64,000 bases of DNA, taken from NCBI GenBank assembly GCA_965203515.1, contig OZ241907.1:256001-320000 (forward strand). The letters are read 5' to 3'. Below the pieces are notes generated by a model, which had not been told where the DNA came from, searched no databases, and saw only the letters and a program-made list of their open reading frames with translations. The DNA is from Spirochaetia bacterium (lineage in GTDB: Bacteria > Spirochaetota > Spirochaetia > SZUA-6 > Bin103). A program made the translations under genes and the position numbers. Below are positions 29,877-40,230 of the stretch, one piece after another (position 1 is the first letter of the stretch; each line of letters starts with the position of its first letter).

Positions 29877-32615
29877 ATGGCCAATCACCGACTGAGCGAA
29901 CCGGTCCGCGCCCACTTCACGTACCGCGGCGCGCAACTCGATGAGATTTCGTTTCCCCTCGGCGGGATCGGCTCCGGCTGCATCGGCCTGGCCGGCAACG
30001 GCCGGCTGATCGACTGGGAGATATTCAACCGCCCGAACAAGGGCAGCGTGAACGGCTTCAGCCACTTCGCCGTCAAGGCGGAGCGCGGCGGCGAGGTGGT
30101 CGACGCACGCGTGCTGCACGGCGACCTCACCGGACCGCTCTCCGGCAGCATGCGCACGACGTGGCTGAACAGCTTCGGATTCGGCCCGATGCGCGCCTCC
30201 CTGGGCGGACTGCCCCATTTCAGGCAGGTCGAGTTCGAGGGCACCTTTCCCGTGGCGACGCTCTCCTTCGCCGATGAGCGATTTCCGGGCGCCGTCCTGC
30301 TGCGCGCCTTCAACCCCTTCATTCCGGGCAACGCCGACGATTCCAGCATTCCGGCCGCCTGCTTCGAGCTGCAGGTGGCCAATCCCGGCGGCGGCGACCT
30401 AGACTACACCGCGGCGCTGGCGGTCACCAACCCCGCCGGCGCCGGTCCCGGCGCTCCGGTCAACCGCGCCCGCCTTGACGGCCGGGTCCGGCTTCTCACC
30501 CTGGGCGCCAGCGGCATCGCCGCCGATCATCCGCGCCACGGCGACCTTACCATCGCCACCGACTGCGGCGACGTCAGCTACCAGGAGTACTGGTTTCGCG
30601 GCATGTGGTTCGACGACCTCACCGTCTACTGGCACGACTTCACCGCGCCGGGCGGCTTGGAGAACCGCAGCTACCCGGAGCCGAACCAAGCCGCCGGGGG
30701 CGGCTTCGGCAAGGACGACACCGGCGTGCTGGCGGCACGGGTCCGCGTGCCATCGGGACAGACCCGCGTCGTGCGCTTCGTCCTGACCTGGAGCTACCCC
30801 AACTGCGTCAACTACTGGCACCCGGTGGGAGTCGAGCACGAACAGCGGAGCGAGCCGGCGCCGTCGATCGACGCCGCGGAGTGGCGCAACCACTACGCGA
30901 CGCGGTTCGCCGACTCGGCGGCCAGCGCCGGCTACTGCCTGCGGGAGTGGGAACGGCTGCGGGGCGATACCCTGGCGTTCCGCGACGCGCTGTATGCCGG
31001 CAGCGCTCCGCTGGCGGTCCTCGACGCCGCCGCCGCCACCCTGTCGGTGCTCAAGAGCCCGACCGTGCTGCGGCTGGAGGACGGCACGTTCTACGGGTTC
31101 GAGGGGGTGCGCATCGACCAGGGCTGCTGCGAAGGGAGCTGCACGCACGTCTGGAACTACGCGTACGCGCTGCCGTTCCTGTTCCCGGACCTGGAGCGGT
31201 CGATGCGCGACGCCGACTTCCGCTACAACGCCGGCCCCGACGGCGGCATGACGTTTCGCCTGCAGCTCCCGTTGGGGCGCGAGCGGCTGCGATTCCGGCC
31301 CTGCGCGGACGGCCAGTTCGGCGGCGTGATCAAGGCGTACCGCGACTGGAAGATCAGCGGCGATTCCGAGTGGCTGCGCGGCCACTGGGAGACGATCAAG
31401 CGGAACATCTCCTTCGCCTGGGCGGAGAGCAACCCCGACCGCTGGGACGCCGACCGCGACGGCGTTCTGGAAGGGCGCCAGCACCACACGCTGGACATGG
31501 AGCTGTTCGGCCCCAACTCCTGGCTCACCGGCTTCTACCTGGCTGCGCTGGCGGCGGGGGCCGAGATGGCCGACCACTTCGGCGAGCCCGACACCGCCGC
31601 GGAGTATCGAGCGCTGTTCGCGCGCGGCAAGGACTGGACCGACCGCAACCTGTTCAACGGCGAGTACTACCAGCAGCGGATCGAGCTGGCCGATCGCGCC
31701 ATCCTGCAGGCGTATGCGACCAGCGGCTCGAAGGAGAGCTACCGAGGCGGGCGCAGCGAGGCGTGGAACTACTGGGACGCCGAGCACGGCCAGATCAAGT
31801 ATCAGGTCGGCGAGGGGTGCGGGATAGATCAGGTGCTGGCGCAGTGGCACGCCAACATCTGCGGACTCGGCGAGATATTCGACCGCGACCGGACCCGATC
31901 CGCGCTGGCGGCCATCTTCCGCTACAACTTCAAGCGCTCGTTCCGGGAGCACTTCAACCCGGCGCGGCTGTACGCGGTCGATGACGAGGCCGGCGCCATC
32001 ATCTGCTCCTATCCGCGCGGCAGGCCGGTGGTGCCGATCACCTACGCGCAGGAGACCATGCACGGATTCGAGTATCAGGCCGCCGGCCACATGATTCAGG
32101 AGGGGATGCTCGCGGAGGGCGTGGAGCTGGTGAAGGCGGTGCGCGACCGCTACGACGGCAGCCGGCGCAATCCCTGGAACGAGATCGAGTGCGGCAGCAA
32201 TTACGCCCGTTCGATGGCCGCGTTCGCCCTGCTGCTGGCATACTCGGGCTTCGAGTTCGACGCCGTGCGCGGCCACGTCGGGTTCAGTCCCAAGGTGACG
32301 GACACGCCGTTCACGGCGTTCTGGAGCCTCGGTTCGGGCTGGGGCACCTGCACGCTGGACGCGGCGGAAATCCGGCTGCAGGTCGAGTCGGGGGACCTGC
32401 CGCTTGCCAGCTTCAGCTCCAGCCGCCTCGGCGAAGTCGCCGGCGGCTCGGCGATCGGCGTGCGGGTCGGAGCTGCGCGGGCCGTCTTCCGCCGGGACGG
32501 CGCAACGCTCACCTTTCCCGACCGGCTCCTGGTAACCCCCGGCGCGCCGCTCACCATCTCGCTGCCCGCCTCCCCGGCGGGCGCGCCGGACACGCCGCAC
32601 ACGGAGGGCCGGTGA
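29877..32615 (+). CDS. GH116 family glycoside hydrolase (non-lysosomal glucosylceramidase-like)
   Basis: FPLGGIGSG, DWEIFNRP, GFEG..CCEGSCTHVWNY, ADGQFG, QHHTLD, RYDGSRRNPWNEIECGSNYARSMA. Confidence 0.93.
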   Translation: MANHRLSEPVRAHFTYRGAQLDEISFPLGGIGSGCIGLAGNGRLIDWEIFNRPNKGSVNGFSHFAVKAERGGEVVDARVLHGDLTGPLSGSMRTTWLNSFGFGPMRASLGGLPHFRQVEFEGTFPVATLSFADERFPGAVLLRAFNPFIPGNADDSSIPAACFELQVANPGGGDLDYTAALAVTNPAGAGPGAPVNRARLDGRVRLLTLGASGIAADHPRHGDLTIATDCGDVSYQEYWFRGMWFDDLTVYWHDFTAPGGLENRSYPEPNQAAGGGFGKDDTGVLAARVRVPSGQTRVVRFVLTWSYPNCVNYWHPVGVEHEQRSEPAPSIDAAEWRNHYATRFADSAASAGYCLREWERLRGDTLAFRDALYAGSAPLAVLDAAAATLSVLKSPTVLRLEDGTFYGFEGVRIDQGCCEGSCTHVWNYAYALPFLFPDLERSMRDADFRYNAGPDGGMTFRLQLPLGRERLRFRPCADGQFGGVIKAYRDWKISGDSEWLRGHWETIKRNISFAWAESNPDRWDADRDGVLEGRQHHTLDMELFGPNSWLTGFYLAALAAGAEMADHFGEPDTAAEYRALFARGKDWTDRNLFNGEYYQQRIELADRAILQAYATSGSKESYRGGRSEAWNYWDAEHGQIKYQVGEGCGIDQVLAQWHANICGLGEIFDRDRTRSALAAIFRYNFKRSFREHFNPARLYAVDDEAGAIICSYPRGRPVVPITYAQETMHGFEYQAAGHMIQEGMLAEGVELVKAVRDRYDGSRRNPWNEIECGSNYARSMAAFALLLAYSGFEFDAVRGHVGFSPKVTDTPFTAFWSLGSGWGTCTLDAAEIRLQVESGDLPLASFSSSRLGEVAGGSAIGVRVGAARAVFRRDGATLTFPDRLLVTPGAPLTISLPASPAGAPDTPHTEGR

Positions 32616-35600
32616 CCGCGGGCGCCGCGCTGCGCTGGCCGGTCGGGCCGGCGGCCGCCGCCGTCGAACTGACCGCCGGCATCGATATCCGCCAGAACCG
32701 CTACCAGGGGTGGCATCCCGTGGCCGGCGCCTGGGATCCGCGCTCGGTCCCGTTCAACGTCCACGACACCGGCCAGGTGCGGCCCAACGGAACGGCGTTC
32801 GGCATGCAGCCGGCGCTCGGCGCCTTCCCCGGCCAGGGACCGGTGACCGGCTTTCAGGGCCGGCGCCTAGTGAACAGCAAGAACCGCAATCTGGGCACCC
32901 TGATCGGCGAGCTGCAGTCGGAGGTATTCACCATCGCCGGCGCCGGCATCGACTTTCTGATCGGCGGCGGCGACTTCGCGGACGTCACCTGCCTGAACCT
33001 GTACGTGAACGGCGCCGCCGGCTGGGAACGGGTGCGGTCCGCCACCGGCGAACGCAACCTGGATCTGGTGCGGCGCGGCTGGGACGTGGCGGAGTTCCGC
33101 GGCCGGCAGGCGTACCTGCAGATACTCGACTACGCTCCCGTGGAACCGTGGGGGTGGCACGCCGCGCCCCGCTATCCGGAGGATGACTGGGGCTTCATCC
33201 TGGTCGACGACATCCGCCAGACCGACGGCGCCCCCAGCCCGCGGCGCGTCGACGAAGCGGGAGACCGCGCGCGCAACTTCGACTTCGAGACGCTGTTGCC
33301 GGAACGGTTCACCGTGACCGCCGCGCAGGGCGCCGGCGGCGCCGGCGGTATCTTCGAGATACGCGACCGCAGCCGGGGCGGGGTGGTCGGCTCGCTCTAC
33401 TGCGACGCCGCGGTCGCGCCATGCGCCGCCGACCTGTGGCGCGTGTCGGTCACCTGGCGCTACCGGGGGACGGCGCTGAGCGGGGTCAAGCTGCTGCTCA
33501 CCAGCCGCTTGCCGATCACCGCCGCGCATGCGCGCCATACCCTGCACCCCGGGCTCCTGTACGACGGCAACCCCACCGCCGAGGCGTGCCACTACCTGGG
33601 CGAGGACTTTCCCGAGGCGGCCTCCACGGTCCCCGCCGGCTTCAGCGTCGAGGACGCGGAGCGGGTCTGCGCCGGCTGGGCGGCGCCGCAGCGTCGCGCC
33701 GCCGACCCGGCTGCCAGCGTGCGGTTGCAGGTCGACCCCGAGTCGGGCCGGTACGAGGCGGTCCATCAGATACCGGAGTCGGCCGTGTTCGGACGCCGGC
33801 TGCTGCTGGACAGCGACGAACGGCTCACCCTGGAGGACGGCGCCCGGTACGCCAAGACGCTCTATCTGTACGCCGCCGCCCGCCGCCGCGGCGCCGTCTA
33901 CCGACCCGGCTACTGCGGCGCGCTCTCGGCGGCGTGGCGCCAGCTCTATCCCGACTCCCCCACCAACCCGCCGCACACCCTGCGCGCCGACTGCGAGCTG
34001 CGCCTGCGGACCATGCTCGACGACCGCGGGCTGATGCAGGAGATCACGCGCGGCGGGCGGACCTACCGCGTCTTCTACGTCGGCCGCTGGGTGTACGGCG
34101 ATGCGCCGCCCGGCGACGGGCGGTTCCTGCCCAAGGAATACTTCCATCGCTTCGTCGGCTTCTCCTGGTCCGGCATGGCCGGTCTGGCGGCCCATGCGGC
34201 GCTCGATCACGGCCTGCGCCACGACGACGGCGGCGCGGTGCGGGTCGCCGTCGACACGCTCGACTTCTTCGCCGAGCACGGCATTTCGCCGCTCGGCATC
34301 CTCTATCCCACTTACCATGAGGACCACGCCGGGATCGTCGACGCCTTCGGCACCTACTACGACCCCGGCCGCATCGACGTGGGGCCGCTGGGCGAGGGGC
34401 TGTACTGGTATCTGCGCTGCGCCGAGCGGTTCCAGCGGCACGGGAGCGAGCCGCCGCGGAGCTGGCTGCCGGCGGTGCGCGGCTCCCTCGACCGGATCAT
34501 GGAGCTGTTTCCCGACGCCGACGTACCGGGGCGCATCGACGGCGCCACCGGCAAGCCGGCCGCGCGGCGCATCCAGCTCCTCTACTGGGAGCGCTCGCGC
34601 TGGACCGACCGTCAGACCCGCGCGGCGGACATCCGCTTCCTCAAGCCCAGCGAGCGCGGCGCCACCAACTTCATCTATCTGATCTGGGCGTACGTGCGGG
34701 CCGCTCGCCATTTCGACGAGCAGCGCTATCTGGACTACGCCGTGCGGCTGGGCGAGCTGGCGCTGCAGGTGATGGAGCGCTTCGCGGTCTTCGCCGGCTC
34801 CGAGATGGATTTCTACAACATCGACAAGCGCCAGGGCCACGCGCTGCTGGCCGCCCACAACGATCTGTACGCCGCCACCGGCGACCGGCGCTGGCTGGCC
34901 GCCGCGGAAGTGGCGGCGAGCTGGTTCGGGAGCTGGCAGTACCACTACAACGTCCGCACCGACGGCCTGGAGCACCTGCCGCTGGGCCGTTGGGACTACC
35001 GGACGGTCGGCGGCACCACCGTCGACGTCAAGTACTCCACCAACAATCTGGTATACGCCCAGGGCGCCGCGGAGCTGATGCGGCTGTGGCGGCGCACCGC
35101 CGACCCGGAGTGGTTCGAGCGCGCCCGGGCGCTGCTGCATCAAGGGGTGCAGAGCTCGCTGACGGAAGAGAAGCGGCGCTGGCTCAACGCGCACTATCAG
35201 TCGGAAGCGCGGGTACCGGCGCAGCATGCGTTCAATCCCGATACCCGGTTCGACGCCGACTGCCTGGGCGGCGGTACGGAAGACGTGCTCCCGGCCTGGC
35301 CCTACCGGGGCAACTGGACTACCAAGTACGGGGCGATCCTGAGCATGTACATGCTGGCCGAGGGATTGGACGTGGATCCGATCCTGGCCCGCTACGGAGG
35401 CGTGACCTGCCGGCTGGGCGATGCGCCGCAACGGGACTGGGTCGGCGCCCTGGAGACGGTCGATCGGGTGCGCGCGTGGCGCTCCGGCGGCGCCGTCGTC
35501 ATCGAGGCGCGGAACATGGTGCCGGCCGCCGCCCGCTACACGGCCCGGGTGCTCGATGCCGGCGGCCGTCCCGTAGCGGAAGCCTCCGCCGACTTCGGTC

Positions 35601-35641
35601 CCGGCGCCGGCGGGCGCATCCGGGTGCCGCTCACCGGGTAA
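32612..35641 (+). CDS. Hypothetical multidomain protein, probable glycoside hydrolase (beta-sandwich + alpha/alpha toroid)
   Basis: N-terminal SEVFTI..IDFLIGGG..WDVAEFRGRQAYLQILD..WGFILVDDI module; C-terminal helical repeats (YLDYA..LG, LYAATGDRRWL..A, LWRRTADPEW.ERA); GTGA-coupled to GH116. Confidence 0.7.
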   Translation: MTAGAALRWPVGPAAAAVELTAGIDIRQNRYQGWHPVAGAWDPRSVPFNVHDTGQVRPNGTAFGMQPALGAFPGQGPVTGFQGRRLVNSKNRNLGTLIGELQSEVFTIAGAGIDFLIGGGDFADVTCLNLYVNGAAGWERVRSATGERNLDLVRRGWDVAEFRGRQAYLQILDYAPVEPWGWHAAPRYPEDDWGFILVDDIRQTDGAPSPRRVDEAGDRARNFDFETLLPERFTVTAAQGAGGAGGIFEIRDRSRGGVVGSLYCDAAVAPCAADLWRVSVTWRYRGTALSGVKLLLTSRLPITAAHARHTLHPGLLYDGNPTAEACHYLGEDFPEAASTVPAGFSVEDAERVCAGWAAPQRRAADPAASVRLQVDPESGRYEAVHQIPESAVFGRRLLLDSDERLTLEDGARYAKTLYLYAAARRRGAVYRPGYCGALSAAWRQLYPDSPTNPPHTLRADCELRLRTMLDDRGLMQEITRGGRTYRVFYVGRWVYGDAPPGDGRFLPKEYFHRFVGFSWSGMAGLAAHAALDHGLRHDDGGAVRVAVDTLDFFAEHGISPLGILYPTYHEDHAGIVDAFGTYYDPGRIDVGPLGEGLYWYLRCAERFQRHGSEPPRSWLPAVRGSLDRIMELFPDADVPGRIDGATGKPAARRIQLLYWERSRWTDRQTRAADIRFLKPSERGATNFIYLIWAYVRAARHFDEQRYLDYAVRLGELALQVMERFAVFAGSEMDFYNIDKRQGHALLAAHNDLYAATGDRRWLAAAEVAASWFGSWQYHYNVRTDGLEHLPLGRWDYRTVGGTTVDVKYSTNNLVYAQGAAELMRLWRRTADPEWFERARALLHQGVQSSLTEEKRRWLNAHYQSEARVPAQHAFNPDTRFDADCLGGGTEDVLPAWPYRGNWTTKYGAILSMYMLAEGLDVDPILARYGGVTCRLGDAPQRDWVGALETVDRVRAWRSGGAVVIEARNMVPAAARYTARVLDAGGRPVAEASADFGPGAGGRIRVPLTG

Positions 35642-35668
35642 CGCTTGAGGTAACCGCTGCCCCGCCGA

Positions 35669-35697
35669 TTGTGGCCGCAGCCGGAGCCGGCTATACT
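35669..35697 (+). promoter_or_regulatory. Sigma70-type promoter for the ABC operon
   Basis: TTGTGG-17 nt-TATACT upstream of the GGAGG SD and GTG 35741. Confidence 0.55.
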
Positions 35698-35740
35698 CGG
35701 CCGCATCGACCGAAGACCGACCGAGAGACGGAGGAACACG

Positions 35741-37663
35741 GTGAATCGAGTCTTGATGACATGCGCGCTGCTCCTGGCGGGCAGCGTCCTGGCCGTGGCG
35801 ACCGGCCAGGAAGAGTCCGAAGGCGCCGCCCCCATGAGCGCCGTTACCGGCGCCGGAGGCTATCAGGAAGCGCCGATGCTGGCGGCGCGCGTGGCCGCCG
35901 GCGAACTGCCCCCGGTGAACGAGCGGCTCCCGGAGAACCCGCTGGTGCTGACGCTGGAACGGAGCGCCGCTCCCGACGGCATGCTCGACGAGCTGGAGAT
36001 CGGCGCCTACGGCGGCGACGTGCGGCTGATCAACCTGGCGCCCAACTTCGCGCCGGAGATGTACTTCATGACGATCGAGACGCTGCTGGCGCGGCCGGGC
36101 TGGATCAGCATGGGGCATCCGCTGACCGGCAACATCTACGAGAGCTACGAGATCAGTCCGGACGGCACCACGTTCACCTTTCAGTTGCGCCGCGGCATGC
36201 GCTGGTCGGACGGCGAACCGCTGACCACGGCGGACGTGTCGTTCCATTACGAGGAGATCCTGCTCAACGAGCAGCTCACCCCCAACGTCGGCTGGCAGTA
36301 CCGCTCCGGGCTGCGCCCCACCGGGGACGTCTACGACCTGGAAGTGATCGACGACTACTCGTATCGCATCACCTTCTCGGAGCCGACGCCCGGTTTCCTG
36401 GATGAGATCGACAAGCCGTGGATGGACTACACCGGCTTCCTGCAGCCCCGACACTACCTGTCCCAGTTCCACGCCAACTTCGCCGACGCCGAGGAGTTGG
36501 CGGCCAAGGTCGCGGCCGCCGATCTGCTGGCCGACGAGTGGCCGCGCCTGTTCCAGATCAAGATGCTCACGCCCTGGGAAGCGAAGACCCCGGACGTGGT
36601 CGACATTCCCGTGCTGCATCCGTGGGTGGTGACCGGCACCTCGCCGACGCAGACCGTGTTCGAGCGCAACCCCTACTACTTCAAGGTCGACGCCGCCGGC
36701 AATCAGCTTCCCTACATCGACCGCATCGTCAGCACCAAGGTGGAGGGTCCGGAGGGCGCCAGCCTCAAGATCATCGCCGGGGAGGTCGACCTGGCCGACG
36801 AGCTGGCGAAGATATCGTCCCTGCCGCTCTACCGCGAAAACGAGGACAAGGGGTACCGGGCGCTCACCTCCGGGGTCGCCTACAACCCGGTGGTGCACGC
36901 CTTCAACTTCGGCTACGAGGACCCGACGTGGCGCCAGCTGGCCGGCGACCTGCGCTTCCGCCAGGCGCTGAACCTGGCGATCGACCGCGACGAGATCATC
37001 GACGCCGTGTACTACGGCTTCGCGTCGCCGCCGGAGTGGATCCCCGCTGACTACGATCCCGATGAGGCGAATCGGCTGCTCGATGCGGTCGGCCTGGACG
37101 AGCGCGACGCCGACGGTTGGCGTCTGGCGCCCGACGGGTCGCGCTTCGAGATCGCTCTGGAGGTGACCGCGCACCTGCCGGATACGGTGCCGGCCAACGA
37201 GCTGATCGTCGAGCATTACCGCGCGCTGGGGCTGTATACCACCCTGGATGTGGTGGAGATCGGCCTGTTCATCGAGCGCCGCAACGCCAACCAGTACCAG
37301 ATCGATACGCTGTGGAACGAGGCGACCACGCTGCATGCCTTCGGCCATGCCAAGGACCATCTGATCAACCACATTCCGCCGTGGCGGCAGTGGTACAGGT
37401 CGGGCGGCGAGCAGGGCGAGGAGCCGCCGGTCTGGTTCCAGGAGCTGTACGACCTGGGCCTTGGGATCGGTCCGGGAATCCCGTGGGACCAGGAGGTCGT
37501 CGACCGCTACCGGCAGACGTTCTTCGATACCATCCCGCAGATCAACGTGACCTACAACCCGGCTACCGTGCTGATCGTCAACCGGCAACTGCGCAACGTG
37601 TTCACCGAGGGCGTGGCGCAGTGGGTGATCTACAGCGCGGAGCAGCTCTATTACGGGAGCTGA
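35741..37663 (+). CDS. ABC transporter substrate-binding protein, family 5 (Opp/Dpp-like, likely sugar-binding subgroup)
   Basis: Signal peptide, EAPMLA..V..GELPPV.ERLP, LRRGMRWSDG.P.T..DV, RNPYYFKVD..GNQLPYID, FRQAL..AIDR. Confidence 0.95.
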   Translation: MNRVLMTCALLLAGSVLAVATGQEESEGAAPMSAVTGAGGYQEAPMLAARVAAGELPPVNERLPENPLVLTLERSAAPDGMLDELEIGAYGGDVRLINLAPNFAPEMYFMTIETLLARPGWISMGHPLTGNIYESYEISPDGTTFTFQLRRGMRWSDGEPLTTADVSFHYEEILLNEQLTPNVGWQYRSGLRPTGDVYDLEVIDDYSYRITFSEPTPGFLDEIDKPWMDYTGFLQPRHYLSQFHANFADAEELAAKVAAADLLADEWPRLFQIKMLTPWEAKTPDVVDIPVLHPWVVTGTSPTQTVFERNPYYFKVDAAGNQLPYIDRIVSTKVEGPEGASLKIIAGEVDLADELAKISSLPLYRENEDKGYRALTSGVAYNPVVHAFNFGYEDPTWRQLAGDLRFRQALNLAIDRDEIIDAVYYGFASPPEWIPADYDPDEANRLLDAVGLDERDADGWRLAPDGSRFEIALEVTAHLPDTVPANELIVEHYRALGLYTTLDVVEIGLFIERRNANQYQIDTLWNEATTLHAFGHAKDHLINHIPPWRQWYRSGGEQGEEPPVWFQELYDLGLGIGPGIPWDQEVVDRYRQTFFDTIPQINVTYNPATVLIVNRQLRNVFTEGVAQWVIYSAEQLYYGS

Positions 37664-37714
37664 CCGCGCCGAACCTGCACATGCCTTCCGGGGCTGAGCG
37701 CCCGGCGGGAGCCC

Positions 37715-38713
37715 ATGCTTGAATACATCGCGCGCCGGGTGGCGGCCTTCGTGCCGCTCCTGTTCCTGATCTCGGCGGTGAGCTTTGCGATCATCGAGCT
37801 CCCGCCGGGAGATTATCTCAGCTCGTACATGCTGCAGTTGGAGATCCAGGGGAACCGGGTCACCGACGAGCAGGTGGCGAATCTGGCCGCCTACTACGGC
37901 CTGGATGAGCCGATCCATACGCGGTACCTGCTGTGGCTGCGCAACATCGTCCTGCGCGGCAACCTCGGCTGGTCCTTCGCCCATGACCGGCCGGTGTCCG
38001 CCGTGATCGGCGAGCGCATCGGACTGACGCTGGTGGTGACCATCTCGACCCTGGTCTTCACCTACCTGACGGCGGTGCCGATCGGCGTCTATTCGGCGGT
38101 GCGGCAGTATTCCTTCTTCGATTACTTCTGGACCTTCTGGGGATTCGTGGGGCTGGCGATCCCGAACTTCCTGCTCGCGCTGGTGCTCCTGTGGATCGCG
38201 TTCCGGTACTTCGGCGTCGCCATTACCGGGCTGTTCGCGCCCGAGTACGTCGACGCGCCGTGGAGTCTGGCGCGGGTGTGGAGCATGCTGCAACGGCTCT
38301 GGGCGCCGGTCCTGGTGGTGGGGACCGCGGGGATGGCGGGGTTGATCCGCGTCATGCGCGGCACCTTGCTGGACGAGTTGCGCAAGCAGTACGTGGTGAC
38401 CGCGCGCGCCAAGGGGATCGGCGAAGGGCGGCTGTTGTTCAAGTATCCGGTGCGGCTTGCCGTCAACCCGATCATCAGCGGCATCGGCTGGCTGCTGCCG
38501 GCGATCATCTCCGGCGCGACCATCACCTCGATCGTGCTCAATCTGCCGACGACCGGGCCGGTGTTGCTGGGCGCGCTGCAGGCGCAGGACATGTACCTGG
38601 CGGGCAGCTTCGTGATGATCCTCAGCGTCCTGGTGCTGGTCGGCAACCTCATCTCGGACATCGTGCTGGCCTGGGTCGATCCCCGCATCCGGTTCGATCG
38701 CCTCGAGTCGTGA
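37715..38713 (+). CDS. ABC transporter permease (DppB-like)
   Basis: YIARR, PPGD, YGLD.P, LAIPNF, YVVTARAKG, DPRI. Confidence 0.95.
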   Translation: MLEYIARRVAAFVPLLFLISAVSFAIIELPPGDYLSSYMLQLEIQGNRVTDEQVANLAAYYGLDEPIHTRYLLWLRNIVLRGNLGWSFAHDRPVSAVIGERIGLTLVVTISTLVFTYLTAVPIGVYSAVRQYSFFDYFWTFWGFVGLAIPNFLLALVLLWIAFRYFGVAITGLFAPEYVDAPWSLARVWSMLQRLWAPVLVVGTAGMAGLIRVMRGTLLDELRKQYVVTARAKGIGEGRLLFKYPVRLAVNPIISGIGWLLPAIISGATITSIVLNLPTTGPVLLGALQAQDMYLAGSFVMILSVLVLVGNLISDIVLAWVDPRIRFDRLES

Positions 38714-39819
38714 GCACGCGGGCGCGCGCGGCCGCCGACGACCGCTACTACGTCGCGTCGCAGTGGCGCATGATGTGGTGGAAGTTTCGCCGCCACCGGC
38801 TGGCGCTGGTGGCGGGTCCCGCCCTGGCGCTCATGTACGGGGCGGCGTTGTTCGCGGATTTCGTCGCCCCGTACGGGGTGACCACGCGCTTTCCCGATTA
38901 CTTGAACGCGCCGCCGAACCTGATCCGGCTGGACGGCGCCGGCGGGGCGTATGTGTACGGCCTGCGCCAGGAGCGCCACCCGTACACGATGCGCAAGATA
39001 TACGAGCTCGACCGCGAGCGGCGCTACCCGATCCGGTTCTTCGGCGCCGGCGAGGAGTACCGCTTTCTGGGGCTGTTCAAGACCCGCGCGCATCTGTTCG
39101 TCCCGGATGCAGAAGCCGAAGCAGGGGCGCCGCTGTTTCTGTTCGGTACCGACCGGCTGGGGCGCGATCTGTTTTCGCGGGTGCTCCACGCCGCCCGCAT
39201 CTCCCTGTCGATCGGCTTGGTGGGGGTGTCGGTAAGCACCGTACTGGGAGTGCTGCTGGGCGGACTGGCCGGCTACTTCGGCGGCATCGCGGATCGGGTG
39301 GTGATGCGGCTGGTCGACCTGCTGTCGTCGATTCCCACCATCCCGCTGTGGATGGGGCTGGCCGCGGCGGTACCCCGGCAGTGGAGCGTGCTCACCACCT
39401 ACTTCGCCATCACGCTGATCCTGTCGCTGGTCGGCTGGACGCAACTCGCGCGCGTGGTGCGCGGCCGCTTCCTGTCTCTGCGGGAGGAGGACTTCGTGAT
39501 GGCCGCGGTGGTGTCGGCGGCGACCGAACGGACCATCATCTTCGGGCACCTGCTGCCGTCGTTCCTGAGCTACATCATCGTGTCGCTGACGCTGGCGATT
39601 CCGGCGATGATCCTGGGCGAAACCGCGCTGAGCTTTCTGGGACTCGGCATCCAGCCGCCGGCGGTGAGTTGGGGCACGTTGCTGCAGGACGCGCAGAACT
39701 TCCAGGCGGTGGCGAGTCAGCCGTGGCTGCTCATCCCCTGCATCTTCGTGGTGCTGACGGTGCTGCTCTACAACTTCCTCGGCGACGGCCTGCGCGACGC
39801 CGCCGATCCCTACGCATGA
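38710..39819 (+). CDS. ABC transporter permease (DppC-like)
   Basis: FGTDRLGRDLFSR, LREEDFVMAA, ETALSFLGLG, SWG, GDGLRDAADP. Confidence 0.95.
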   Translation: MSTRARAAADDRYYVASQWRMMWWKFRRHRLALVAGPALALMYGAALFADFVAPYGVTTRFPDYLNAPPNLIRLDGAGGAYVYGLRQERHPYTMRKIYELDRERRYPIRFFGAGEEYRFLGLFKTRAHLFVPDAEAEAGAPLFLFGTDRLGRDLFSRVLHAARISLSIGLVGVSVSTVLGVLLGGLAGYFGGIADRVVMRLVDLLSSIPTIPLWMGLAAAVPRQWSVLTTYFAITLILSLVGWTQLARVVRGRFLSLREEDFVMAAVVSAATERTIIFGHLLPSFLSYIIVSLTLAIPAMILGETALSFLGLGIQPPAVSWGTLLQDAQNFQAVASQPWLLIPCIFVVLTVLLYNFLGDGLRDAADPYA

Positions 39820-39954
39820 GTGCGGCCCGCACGCTCCGGCCCATGATTCGTATCGTAGTGTCCCAGACCGGCGTGCGGCGGAGGCTGCTTCAAGTTACTG
39901 AGGGTGACCACCCCTTTCTCAAGCCGGTCTGGACGTGCCCGGACCGGCAGGAGA

Positions 39955-40230
39955 TTAGCGCGGCGCGGCCGTCTCCGTGCCGTTGGCGGAGTCGCGTTTG
40001 AGGCTGCGGTAGGTCTGCTCGTCGATGCCGGTGGCGGATTGGATCACCGGCCACCCGACTCCGGCTTGCAGGAACCCTTCGATGGTTTCCAACCGGCCTT
40101 CCTGGCGGCCTTCCTGCCGACCCTCCTGACGGCCTTCCTGGCGGCCTTCCTGCCGACCCTCCTGACGGCCTTCCTGGACGCCTCGTTCCAGGATTTCGGC
40201 TTCCCAGCGATCGATCTTCTCCAACAACAC
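39955..40230 (-). CDS. Putative intragenic RpnS antitoxin (in-frame internal start)
   Basis: AGGAGG (40239-40244, minus strand) lies 8 nt before an in-frame GTG at 40230, just ahead of the repeat tail. Confidence 0.55.
   Translation of the reverse strand: MLLEKIDRWEAEILERGVQEGRQEGRQEGRQEGRQEGRQEGRQEGRLETIEGFLQAGVGWPVIQSATGIDEQTYRSLKRDSANGTETAAPR

Noticed and set aside
29716..29877. Possible 6S RNA (ends CTCCTGCGT/ATGCAGGAG can pair on the minus strand)
   Set aside because: The interior forms local hairpins rather than a rod with a central bubble, and is better explained as a protein-coding relic; an Rfam search would settle it
32867..38293. 1808-aa minus-strand ORF, and similar long ORFs such as 11452-15396, 3136-5715, 46776-49976 and 60077-62686
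   Set aside because: Antisense shadows of real genes caused by high GC3; no recognisable motifs
40093..40176. Repeat array as CRISPR
   Set aside because: 12-bp in-frame coding repeats without spacers; no cas genes
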